The position numbers and the translations under genes are program-made. DNA of 60,467 nucleotides, filler included, from Catajapyx aquilonaris (taxonomy: Eukaryota), in NCBI GenBank assembly GCA_000934665.2. It is 4 parts of 4 records of this genome, joined end to end, with 100 filler letters (N's around TTAATTAATTAA, not from the genome) between each part and the next. Parts side by side here need not be neighbours in the genome. Positions count along the whole stretch, not along the records: positions 1 to 14,981 come from JYFJ02007629.1; 3 more parts are not named here. One strand, written 5' to 3'. The notes under the pieces were generated by a model that saw only the letters and a program-made list of their open reading frames with translations, did not search any database and was not told the DNA's origin. Of the stretch, positions 1 to 10,746 are shown piece after piece (position 1 is the first letter of the stretch; the number at the start of each line of letters is the position of its first letter).

Positions 1-95
1 GGAAGCAGGTGTTCGAGAACAATGGATTAGACCGGAAGTGAGCTGTCAACGAGTGATTGATGATCCATTGTCTCAAAACGCCCAATATATATCTA

Positions 96-472
96 CTGTC
101 ATAGATGTGTACGGAGAAGGTACTACCGTCATGTCCTCTGATTCGTTTGCAGAGGCGTACATTACTGTGGGATTGTCAAAAAGCGCGATTTGTTACGATG
201 CTTACAACTTCTACCACCAGATATTTTACAGCGTAGGACTTGACATAAAGAGGGATCAGGATTATGAATTTCGAAACATAATGAGGGCCGCGAGAGCCAG
301 GAAGGAAAACAACGTTGTTTTGGAGTATGAGGAGGAGCATGAGGCACTCTCTTTGCGCAGTCTCACTGCGGTGTATCTACTGCTTCTGGGTGGGCATGTC
401 GGTAACCTCATTGCTTTGTTGTTAGAAATATTAAGCAATAATTGTTCATTCTTAAAGTGCCACTCAAAATGA
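96..472 (+). pseudogene. 3' fragment of a divergent ionotropic receptor (end of S2, M3, C-terminus)
   Basis: From ~96 near-identical to the C-termini of the two downstream IRs (VIDVYGEGTTVMSSDSFAEAY...LSLRSLT, TGA at 470-472). Positions 1-95 do not resemble the matching paralog region although the frame is open. Confidence 0.65.
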
Positions 473-884
473 GCACACACATATTGACACGTATCGACTT
501 GAATATTTGGTAGTAGGCCTATATGTATTTAATTATGATTTGCAGTTGTCTTCGTAAAATACTGTACGTTTCCATGAACAAGGTGGCGCCAGAATAACAA
601 AGTGATTATCAGTAGTCGGTAGGCGTATCGCCTGGCATTTTCGAAAGTAGGAGATAATAATTAAGAAAACATTATTGAGCTAGGTAGGCTACTCATAGTG
701 ATTGCGCAACATTCTCTTGTCAGGTGTGTGTAGAAGGTGGGTGTTGCTGGAAGTTGAATTATCCATTGCTCTTTACACGAACAGGATGTGACAACACAAA
801 TAATGCAGGGAGCCTTAGGGGTTTCATTACGTGTTATATTTCGACAGTGTCTTGCTAACAAGTCGTGTTGTAGCATTGGGCAAA

Positions 885-2777
885 ATGTTGCTACTTATTG
901 TGGCAGTTTTCATGAGTGTCATACTCCCAATTTCGGGCAATGTCGCCATAAACCAGGATCAACCGAAAGTGTCTGTTGTGCATTTCTTGGAGGACCTTCT
1001 GGCTCATGACCGACACTTGCACTTTGAGTGTCCCGTGGTGTTGATACACGACATACAAGACTTTCCTGGTGAGCTAGGGGGACTTCTGATCAACGTGTCT
1101 TCAGTAGGAAGGCCAGTGATTGTGTCACGATCACCATCTCGAAGCACTTGGAATTGCACAGGTTCATTTGATAACGATGGTGATGTCCCTGAGCAGAAGG
1201 TGAAGACTGAGGCAAAGTGCGCTTTCTTCATAGTCGCCAGTTGCTGCTTTCAAAACCTTGAGGATATTACAGACTCTTTGTTTGATGAAGATTCGGAATT
1301 GCTGGTGGCCAAAAGGATACGTGACAAGTTTGTCTTTTGGACCAGAGACTCACTGGACAATGACTTCTTGCTGGAACACACGGCGAATAAGATCAAGTAC
1401 AAGGTAGCCATCAACAGAGATGATGATGTGACATCTGTGTGCTTCTACTGCAACAATGGAGAGCCTACAACGGAGTCGTGGTCGGTGTCAAGTGATGAAG
1501 CCAAAGACCTGCTCTTCAGAGACGTGTGCAAGAATTTTCGAGGGAAACATCTGAAAGGCATCAACAACCGACGTTCTGGCAACACGAAAGACAAGAACAC
1601 TGACTACCCCCACATTGCGTTCGTAGGAAAGGCTCTTAATTTTGAATGGGGTATTACAGAAATTGATGTCACTGTTGATTGTAAAAATAAGTCAGTGTGT
1701 ACTAATATATTGTCCGACTTTGGTGCAGGAAAAATATCCTTCATACCTTATGTTGCCGTAATATATGAACTTTACAAATTAGGTCATTTCGCCACACCTC
1801 ATGATACTTTTCGTATAACATTCATTTCACGGGAGCCCAGAAGGGTAGTTAATCACCTGATTTTCTTGTCTCCATTTGAAATTATTCCTTGGTGTCTTAT
1901 AATTATATCTCTCTTTGTAGCAAGCGCAACTGTTACAATACTCTCCAAAATTGGCTTCAGAAACAAGGTTGCAACAAACGCACGGTATGGTTCCTTCTCG
2001 GGTAATTTGCAATATCTGATGAGAATAATGGCCACTCAAGACATCCTTTCCACTCCTGAAAGACCAAGTGTGAGAGCATTTTTGGTCATGTGGTTCTTTC
2101 TTTGTGTAGTAATTACCACTGGATATGAAACGAAACTATTCGATATTCTCACTTTCCCAGCTGAAGAGAAGATACCTAAATCAATCGAGGATTTGATGGA
2201 TTCAAAATATGAAGTGTTAATAAGCACAGCACTACATGGATCAATTGCTGATTCGTACGTCGAAGAACTACCTGAGAGCTATAGATACCTTTTACGCAGA
2301 ATGCGTCAGGTTGAGAATTTTCAAAAAGAATGTACTAAAAGTAGACTAATGGAAGATATCGTGTGCATGGACACTGATTGGGAATTGGGCGAATTGATCA
2401 GATCAGTCATAGACGTGCACGGAGAAGGTACTACAGTCATGTCCTCTGATTCGTTTGCAGAGGCGTACAAGACTGTTGCATTACCCAAAATCGCGATTTT
2501 TTACGACAATTACAACTTCTACCATCAGATATTTTATAGCATAGGACTTGACATAAAGAGAGATCGAGATTATGAATTTCGGAACATAATGAATGCCGCT
2601 AGAGCCAGGAAGGCAAACAATGTTGTCTTGGAGTATGAAGAGGAGCATGAGGTACTCTCTTTGCGCAGTCTCACTGGGGTGTTTCTGGTGCTTCTGGGTG
2701 GGCATGTTGTTAATATCACTGCTCTACTGTTGGAAATGCTTATCAATTATTCATGCTTAAAGTGTCAATCCAAATGA
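885..2777 (+). CDS. Divergent ionotropic receptor (iGluR-related IR), intronless, 630 aa
   Basis: First ATG at 885 starts a signal peptide (MLLLIVAVFMSVILPISG). M1 LSPFEIIPWCLIIISLFV, pore loop MRIMATQD, M2 RAFLVMWFFLCVVITTGYETKLFDILT (SYTANLAAFLT equivalent), S2 start PKSIEDL, M3 LSLRSLTGVFLVLLGG. Confidence 0.9.
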   Translation: MLLLIVAVFMSVILPISGNVAINQDQPKVSVVHFLEDLLAHDRHLHFECPVVLIHDIQDFPGELGGLLINVSSVGRPVIVSRSPSRSTWNCTGSFDNDGDVPEQKVKTEAKCAFFIVASCCFQNLEDITDSLFDEDSELLVAKRIRDKFVFWTRDSLDNDFLLEHTANKIKYKVAINRDDDVTSVCFYCNNGEPTTESWSVSSDEAKDLLFRDVCKNFRGKHLKGINNRRSGNTKDKNTDYPHIAFVGKALNFEWGITEIDVTVDCKNKSVCTNILSDFGAGKISFIPYVAVIYELYKLGHFATPHDTFRITFISREPRRVVNHLIFLSPFEIIPWCLIIISLFVASATVTILSKIGFRNKVATNARYGSFSGNLQYLMRIMATQDILSTPERPSVRAFLVMWFFLCVVITTGYETKLFDILTFPAEEKIPKSIEDLMDSKYEVLISTALHGSIADSYVEELPESYRYLLRRMRQVENFQKECTKSRLMEDIVCMDTDWELGELIRSVIDVHGEGTTVMSSDSFAEAYKTVALPKIAIFYDNYNFYHQIFYSIGLDIKRDRDYEFRNIMNAARARKANNVVLEYEEEHEVLSLRSLTGVFLVLLGGHVVNITALLLEMLINYSCLKCQSK

Positions 2778-3310
2778 GCACACTGACATGTGCCTTTGAT
2801 TGACACAGTTTATCCTGAGGCACCTTTGCATAGCAACTGTATTATGAACTACTCATTACCAATAAAGTCACCCTGTGTGTGTTACAATTTCCTTCAATGT
2901 ATAAACGTATTTAAATTGAAATAAATGTTCCATAGTGAAATAAATGACGTATTATTCTCTTTGTTAAATCCATCTGCAAAAAGGTCCATACTCTCACAAA
3001 AGTTACTACGCAGTAACTAGACACGTGAGCTGAGCTCGTTTGACACAATGTCGATATGGATCGTTTTATCGCAGAGAATTCCAGATATGAAGCAAATATT
3101 TATTGGATGAGCTTGTAGGATAGTTCCATATTCACTGACAGGGCCCATGGCCGTAGATATCGCAACAAGCTCTGTACATATGAATTATACACTTTCTGTT
3201 CATGAAGAGCACGGAATAATACACCAATATGCCGACCTTGGCTGGGTATTGATGAAACGTCTTATTTCGTGTGAACATTTCAGACCAGTCTTCGACAGTG
3301 TTTGAGTAAG

Positions 3311-5224
3311 ATGCTTCTCATTTGTGTTGTGTTTTCCTCGTTTGTGTTTGAAACCTTTGGCTCACCTGTTGTGGTTAGACAGGATCAAGTGAAAGTGTCT
3401 GTCATCCAATTCTTGGATGACCTTCTGTCCGATGACCAACACTTGGACTTTGAGTGTCCATTGGTGTTAAGCCATGACATACAAGACTTTCCTGGTGAGC
3501 TAGGTGGACTTCTGATCAATGTGTCTTCAGTGGGAAGGCCAGTGATTGTGTCACGATCACCATCTCGAAGCACTTGGAACTGTACTGGTTCATTTGATGA
3601 CGATGGTGATGTCCCTGAGCAGAAGGTGAATAAGACTGAGGCAAAGTGCGCTTTCTTCATAGTCGCCAGTTGCTTTCAAAACCTTGAGGATATTACAGAC
3701 TCTTTGTTTGACGACGAAGCGGAATTGCTGGTGGCTAAAAAGGCAAGTGACAAGTTCGTGTTTTGGACAAGAGATTCACTGGACAATGGCTTCTTGCTGG
3801 AACACCCGATGAACAAGACAAAGTACAAGGTAGTCATCACCAATGATGATCATGTGACATCTGTGTGTTTGTACTGCAACAATGGAGAACCGACTATGGA
3901 ATCTGTGCCTGTGTCAAGTGATCAGGCCAAGGGCACTCTGTTTAGAGAAGTGTGCAAGAATTTTCGAGGGAAACATCTCAGAGGAATCAAGTTTTCACTT
4001 TCTAATTTCACTGGCGATAAAATCATCTATCCTCACGTTGCATTCGTAGGAAAGGCTCTTAATTTTGAATGGGATGTTACAGAATTTCGTACCATTGCTA
4101 AAATGGAAAATAAGTCAAATATGCAGATACTTGACGACTTTATGGTAGGAAAAATATCCTTCGTACCTGATACTGGCGTAGTATATGAACTTTACAAATT
4201 AGTACATTTCACTACACCTCATGATATTTTGCGTGTGACATTCATTTCACGGGAGCCCAGAAGGGTAGTTAATCACCTGATTTTCTTGTCTCCCTATGAA
4301 ATTATTCCTTGGTGTCTTATAATAACATCTGTCTTTGTAGCAAGCGCAACAGTTACAATACTCTACAAAAGTGGCTTCAGAAACAAGGTTGCAACAAATG
4401 CACGGTATGGTTCCTTCTCGGGTAATTTGCAATATATGATGAGAATAGTGGCCACTCAAGACATCCTTTCCACTCCTGAGAGACCCAGTGTGAGAGCATT
4501 TTTGGTCATGTGGTTCTTTCTTTGTATGGTAATAACTACTGGATATGAAACGAAACTATTCGATATTCTAACTTTCCCCGCTGAAGAGAAGATACCTAAA
4601 TCAATCGGGGATTTGATGGATTCAAAATATGAAGTGTTGATAGGCACAACACTCCACAGAACAATAGTTGGGTCATACGCCTCAGAACTGCCTGAGAACT
4701 ATCGAGACTTTTTAAGCAGAATGCGCCAGGTTGATAATCTGGAGAAAGAATGTACTGAAAATAGATTAATGGAAGACATCGTGTGTATGCACTCGGAATT
4801 GGAATTGGGCGAAATAATCAGATCAGTCATAGACGTGTACGGAGAAGGTACTACAGTCATGTCCTCTGATTCGTTTATGGAGGTATACATGACTGTTGTA
4901 TTACCCAATGTCGCGATTTGTTACGACAATTACAACTTCTACCATCAGATATTTTATAACATAGGACTTGACATAAAGAGAGATCGAGATTATGAATTTC
5001 GAAACATAATGACGGCTGCGAGAGCCAGAAAGGAAAACAATGTTGTGCTGGAGTATGAGGAGGAGCATGAGGCACTCTCTTTGCATAGTCTCACTGGTGT
5101 GTTTCTGGTGCTTTTGTGTGGGCATGTTGTTAATATCACTGCTTTGTTCTTGGAAATACTAATCAATTATTTATGCTTAAAGTGCTGCTCAAAATCAGCA
5201 CATAATTTAGGCAATATCTCCTAA
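3311..5224 (+). CDS. Divergent ionotropic receptor, intronless tandem paralog, 637 aa
   Basis: ATG at 3311 with signal peptide MLLICVVFSSFVFETFG; colinear with 885-2777 and has the same M1/P/M2/M3 motifs. Confidence 0.9.
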   Translation: MLLICVVFSSFVFETFGSPVVVRQDQVKVSVIQFLDDLLSDDQHLDFECPLVLSHDIQDFPGELGGLLINVSSVGRPVIVSRSPSRSTWNCTGSFDDDGDVPEQKVNKTEAKCAFFIVASCFQNLEDITDSLFDDEAELLVAKKASDKFVFWTRDSLDNGFLLEHPMNKTKYKVVITNDDHVTSVCLYCNNGEPTMESVPVSSDQAKGTLFREVCKNFRGKHLRGIKFSLSNFTGDKIIYPHVAFVGKALNFEWDVTEFRTIAKMENKSNMQILDDFMVGKISFVPDTGVVYELYKLVHFTTPHDILRVTFISREPRRVVNHLIFLSPYEIIPWCLIITSVFVASATVTILYKSGFRNKVATNARYGSFSGNLQYMMRIVATQDILSTPERPSVRAFLVMWFFLCMVITTGYETKLFDILTFPAEEKIPKSIGDLMDSKYEVLIGTTLHRTIVGSYASELPENYRDFLSRMRQVDNLEKECTENRLMEDIVCMHSELELGEIIRSVIDVYGEGTTVMSSDSFMEVYMTVVLPNVAICYDNYNFYHQIFYNIGLDIKRDRDYEFRNIMTAARARKENNVVLEYEEEHEALSLHSLTGVFLVLLCGHVVNITALFLEILINYLCLKCCSKSAHNLGNIS

Positions 5225-5685
5225 GCTACCTCGGTTAGTTTGCATAACTGGAATAAAATCACCGTATTTGTTTCGTGCCCGATGTATCAAAATAATAATA
5301 TATAAATTAAATATAATATGTACCGTAGTGAAATAAATAACATTATCTTCAAAAACCGATCTTATTACTTTTTGTTCATGTTTCTTGCATGTGAAGGGTC
5401 TGCGTGACATGTTATCAATAGAAGGTTGTATAATCAAACAGTACGTGTTTGTGATGGGAGTGGCCGGATGGGAGGAATTTTATGAATGAAACATTTAATG
5501 TAATATTGGCAGCTATAATAACAGTTTTTTTCCAGCTTAACCTTCAATTTTTTTATATTTCTTATGGGTAGGTCGTACACTTTGACAGCTTCGTGTCAAA
5601 ATTAAATATTTACTGCATGATAAAACAGGTAATATTTGTTTCAAAATCCACGTTACCTAGGCTTCATAGATTTCAAGTGATATTA

Positions 5686-8401
5686 CTATCGCCTTACAGG
5701 TTGCCTGGAGTTTGAAATGATAAAATAGTCGTTGCAACGTATGAGAGGACGTATGACAAAAAAGTACACCAACTCCAGAGCACTTATGAAGCTGAATCCG
5801 ATGAAAAGTCCTGCGATTCCTCCTAGTGAAGCTGTGAAGGAGATAAATATGTGTTGCTCTATTCGTTGAGATTAATTCGCACTTACCGATAAGATCGTTC
5901 CATGTGTACTGCAGGTCACGACGGTACTGCACAAATCCTATGTTTTTAAAATAAACGCGAAGCAACGATAACTTGTCTCTGAAATATGCAACAATATTAG
6001 ATGCTGCCATAATTTTTCATTGTTTCTGTAACATACTTTCTTATGTACGCTGTACCATCCGGTAGCTCAAGATCATCAGGTTTTACAGGAAAATTGGCTG
6101 TGGTAATTTCTGATGTAAACAACAGCTCATTGCAATCACCTTCACATCTGCATCCAGGCATTCCATCAATAGTAATTTTTGCATCACGAGGCTTAATTGC
6201 CGAAAATCGTCCTTTTGTGTATGAAAAAAATGTAAGACACCATAGATATGTATGTGGGAGAATTATTTAATAACTTACTTGTGTTGTTATTGATACAAGA
6301 CATTCCTGTGTAGTCGCAGACATTTTGGTTCTCTGAAAATTACAAAATTAATGTTCAGTACTGTGTGAACGTGAATTATTACAAGACATACTGTCTCCTT
6401 CCAGATTGTAGATGTATGGGATGCACTTGCAGGTCTTTCTCATTGAATAGACTCTGCAATCTAAAAAGCAGTTTGATTGGCTGTATTTTGCATAGAACAT
6501 AAGCTGTTTGTCCTGGCTGAATCGACAGCTTCTTCTGCTTGGATCAATCTTCCGGAGTTCATCGTTGCTTTTTGTGTTTATGGGACTCACAGCAGCATGA
6601 ACTATCCCTCCAGAGTTGACCAAAAAGCCTTGCATTCCAACAGTTGCAAAGTCCCTAGGGTCATGAACTAGAACCTGGGATGACCACAAATTAAAATTGA
6701 CACATCTTTAAATAATGGGATAAATCACCTTGAATCCATACATGTTTTCAATATCTGCAAAATATTCTTCCACATCAGGATTAAGCAGGATGGCCAGCCC
6801 CATGTTTGGACCTGACCCATACACAACCCTGGGTACAAATTTCCTTTCTGGTGACTCTGTGCTAGTGTCCGGACTTGACCATGAGGAGAGCAGTTTCTCC
6901 ATCGTACCACCAGCTGTGTTGTCATCTTCAGCATCCCAGTCATAAACAGCTTCTCCAGCACTAAAATATTAGTGTTAAAATATCGCTTACAATTATATTA
7001 TGACACTCACCCTTTGACAACAGGTTTGGTCCTCATGTCAACAGAATTAAATCCCCAGCAGTATCCTTCGTCTGTTCTCTTCAGACCAAACAGTTCAGAG
7101 CAGTTGACCTCTCTTCCAATCCACCAGCATCTGACTAACATTCGATCAAGCGGATGCATCACCTAAGAAAAGTCAGATTAACAGTAACCAACCGTTAATT
7201 AACCAATCGTTACCTCTCGCATCAAGTCGTCTATACGATGCGGATATTTGTCAATCGCTTCTTTCACCAAAGAATTGAACGGATGAGCTTCGTCCACTTC
7301 GTTCTGTCCAATCACAGCGTTCAAATCCACCACTTCTTCTATCACTGCTCTGCTGTACAGTAGCCATCTGCAAACAATGGGTAAAAAAATTGTCATTATT
7401 TTTAAATGAATTTTGATGCCTTTTGTTTCAAGAAATATGTATTAGTTTTTGAGCTACGATCGATCTAAGATAATATTAATAATTATACGGTATAGTATCT
7501 TACGTCATCGTACGTCATCTTTCGTCATCTTACGTCATCTTTCGTCAGTATCTTTCGTCAGTATCTTACGTCATCTTACGTCATCTTACGTCATCTTTCG
7601 TCAATATCTTACGTCATCTTACGTCATATTTCTTCATCTTACGTGGCTGTGGCTAAACAAATCGGTGCAGAGGTAGGAACGCACCCTGGCCGCCTCGTTC
7701 TGTTTGTTTGTGGGCGACCCTACCAATACAACGTAATCGAAGCAGGTGCACCTGTCTGTATACGTCACAATCGTGCTAACTATCATCAGGCAGGAGTCGG
7801 AATGCGCCCCTAGGCCACGCCCCCCTTTTGGCGCCAGTTTGAAAGTGTGGTGAGTACGTACGGATATAACTTGGCCTGTTCAGCTATTCTGGACCGCATC
7901 GCTTTGTTGATGTTACATATGGTCACAGCCGGAAAAGGAACGTTCCATATGGGCACGCCAGTCGAGTCAACAGTGGTCACTATGCTTCCTGCCGAGTATT
8001 TAACAAAGAAAGGTTGCAGGAACAGTATGGCTCCAATAATGGCCAGTGTGATGCACACAAGCCAGAAAACCCTGTAAATGACAAAGTATGATTGTTACAT
8101 CGCGGACAACACCAAAACAAAGGCCTTACCTTTCGACCCTGCGACTTTGATCACTTGTGACATACTTGAGTCCATGCAAGGACGACTCCTCGCAGTAACC
8201 TTTGACACACCAGTAAGCAAAATCTGATTTGCTTCTCCGACCTTCGGTGAAACTGGCCAGTGACGTGATGCCCAATTCTCGTTCCCAATCGTATGGATAC
8301 AATGGCATTACAGGTGTTGTTGGTGTACCAGCCAACCTTTGCCTGATACCCCGAATAAATCTCCGGATTTGCCATGCTGGCCTGCTTATTATCTGGAACA
8401 T
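5686..8401 (-). CDS. Pickpocket-family DEG/ENaC channel subunit, 10 coding exons
   Basis: Splices to an open frame with GT-AG introns: HG motif (SSLHGLKYV), TM1 VFWLVCITLAIIGAILFL, signature VPFPAVTICN, GYCWGFN, Cys-rich YSQSNCFLDC...CKCIPY, TM2 DLIASLGGIAGLFIGFSFISALELVYF, TAG at 5688-5686. Start is ATG 8401 or the in-frame ATG 8452. Confidence 0.92.
7501..7644. repeat. 10-bp minisatellite T(A/T)CGTCATCT in ppk intron 2
   Basis: About 14 degenerate units; 8 exact TACGTCAT copies. Confidence 0.9.
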
Positions 8402-8566
8402 TGTACTACTGATAAATTCATTGCATATTTTTATGTAATTTGTGACTGTCATGGGTCAATATTTTGCGTAATATGAAGTCATAGTAACATCCAGCCTGAT
8501 GTAAGCAGCATTAATATTCATTAATAGTTCATCACGCTAAGGACAATATTGATTATGAAATGAATC

Positions 8567-8601
8567 ACTGTTTCCATGTGCATGTGGCTCATTAATTTAT
8601 A
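8567..8601 (-). promoter_or_regulatory. Candidate ppk core promoter (TATA plus Inr-like)
   Basis: Minus-strand TATAAA at 8601-8596 and CAGT at 8570-8567, about 31 nt downstream. Confidence 0.45.
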
Positions 8602-8654
8602 GGCTTTATGCATTGCAACAGTTGTTTATTATGATGTAACACTGAACATTTTTT

Positions 8655-9611
8655 TCAAGCGCAGAGTCCTGGATAGTTTGAGGAGCATGATGTACCAGAA
8701 GGACATTGACTGCAAGGGTTTCCGATGGTGTATACACGTTGTCCAATGTAGTTTCCTGCAGGACCGTAGTTGCACACGTAGAACTTCTTGTACCAATTGT
8801 CTTGCAAGTAGTGGATGTACCCACATCCGATTGCACCGGAGTTGGCCCACACAACCTGAGTGTAGTGTCCAGTTTTGGAGTCGAATCTGAACAAATAGTG
8901 TTAGTTAAAGTTCGTCAATTAAAGCAGCATTGTACTTACTCATATTTGGAAACAATGTCTTTGTTGAAATCCTCCACTTCGTCGTACCAGCTCTTCGCAG
9001 CTGCTCTCCAATCAGAACCCATAGCTTTCAGGCTGTACCATGAAATGTAGAGGTTTTGACCCACCGCGAAACGAGCTGCAATTAGCAAAATTTTATAACA
9101 ATATCATCCTAGCATGATGCAACCCAACAACACTTACGGACTTTCCTGCAGTCGTTACAGTCGTGCTTGAACATGCATTGGTCTGCCCACATCTGAGCAA
9201 CTTTAGCCAGTTCGTCATCCCACACCTAGAGTGAGATGTTAATTAATCATAGAGGGCAATTAACTGTAGAGAACGTACCAGTTCCATCATGTCAGCTGCC
9301 TGTGGTTGAGGTCCTGGATTTCCTCTGGTCTCTTCACCGTTGGCCACTGTTCGTCTGTACTGGTTGTGAGCATCCAAAATGATCTTGACCTCCGTACTGT
9401 TCACGCCTCTCTCGAAAGGACTACCACACTCTTCGCCTACACCCTGTGGATTGTCAATAGTTTCATACCATGCTCGTGCCAACTAAAATGTGCAACTTAC
9501 GTGATACTTGCACAAGTCATGCTCAGGAGTGATGTCGCAATAGTTGGTTTCTGCCAATGCGGCAGAAGCCATCATTAATATTGTCGCCACGAACATTGTT
9601 GTACATTCCAT
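8655..9611 (-). CDS. Secreted CAP/SCP-domain protein (antigen 5 / venom allergen 5-like), 5 coding exons
   Basis: Signal peptide [80 protein letters not shown] signatures GHYTQVVWA and [13 protein letters not shown] at 8657-8655. Confidence 0.95.
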
Positions 9612-9703
9612 TCCTGAAAAATATGTGTTAAACTTGCGTATATTGCCTAAGGTGCAATACGTACTGAACGATCAGAATGTGTCCATGTACAGATCCTGAT
9701 GGC

Positions 9704-9711
9704 CTTATATA
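9704..9711 (-). promoter_or_regulatory. TATA box of the CAP gene
   Basis: TATATAAG on the minus strand, followed by a short non-coding exon and a TTTTTCAG acceptor just before the ATG. Confidence 0.5.
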
Positions 9712-10746
9712 CTGGAGTCGCTTATTCAACACGACATACCACATATGGTGCAGGTGTTGGAACATTTTTGCGTCTAAGAACGGACATTCATCATTATAAC
9801 AAGACTAAACCTGGTATCTTGCCAATAAATACATAAATTATAATTATGAATAATTCAGTACCACTTTCGTAATGAACATCTGCGATGGATTGGACAAAAA
9901 TGAGACATTTTTATTTGGTGTAATATTCACGCACTTCACAACTGACATTTCAGTAGTCAACAGATATTATTGGCTAATCCCACCTGCTTGAGTTTCATTA
10001 CCATTTTTAGTGCTGTAATTTGAAATTACCATACTTTCTGAAGGGTCCGCAACTTACATGGCATTGAAAGTATTTCCAACCTAAAAAAAGAAGCCTCCAC
10101 GCAAACTATGCGTCAAACATTGATTGAGTAATCATCACTCTGACGCTAATTGCGTACGTGTGTAGTACCATACTCTGAACGAAAGTGGCAATTACGGAAC
10201 GTCTAAACAAAAGGATATTTTTTTAAAATAAGCATTGCACGTGGTGGGCCACTTGTATGAAGAAATGAATAAAAGTCTAATAATGCAATTTAGTCCAATT
10301 TCATTTAAATAGCTTAACTTCTTATCGGTGATACTCAGACTGCTTTTTGTCATCATCTCTGCCATGTCATGGTTGACCCACGCACCTCACAAGGTTTTTT
10401 TTGTAGCGTTAAGGCATCAAAATAGTGGATGGGATGCACACCGGGGATAAGTTGTGGGTAAAACGCTCCTCTGTTGATGTTGTCAAGTAAGAACGTTCTC
10501 ACGGATGTGAATAGATGGTATCTACGTTTCTAGCAGTGAAAATAACAAAAACAGTAGTGATTTTATGTAAGTCAGAGGAAGGGACTTCCTTATTTCCCTT
10601 GCAGCAGATGACCACCTGTAGGATGTGTCGTAATAAAAGTCGAATGCAGTTTAGTCAGATTTTAATTTTAATAACTTAATTTTTTTTTCATACACCTAGT
10701 AATACTTGGCAGGTGTTTCTGCATGTTTTCACAAGAACCAGACTCG

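Noticed and set aside
1004..5125. Duplicated antisense ORFs over the IR genes
   Set aside because: Shadows of near-identical sense coding tracts; no independent features.
7501..7644. Repeat array as a CRISPR
   Set aside because: No unique spacers, 10-bp unit, eukaryotic intron.
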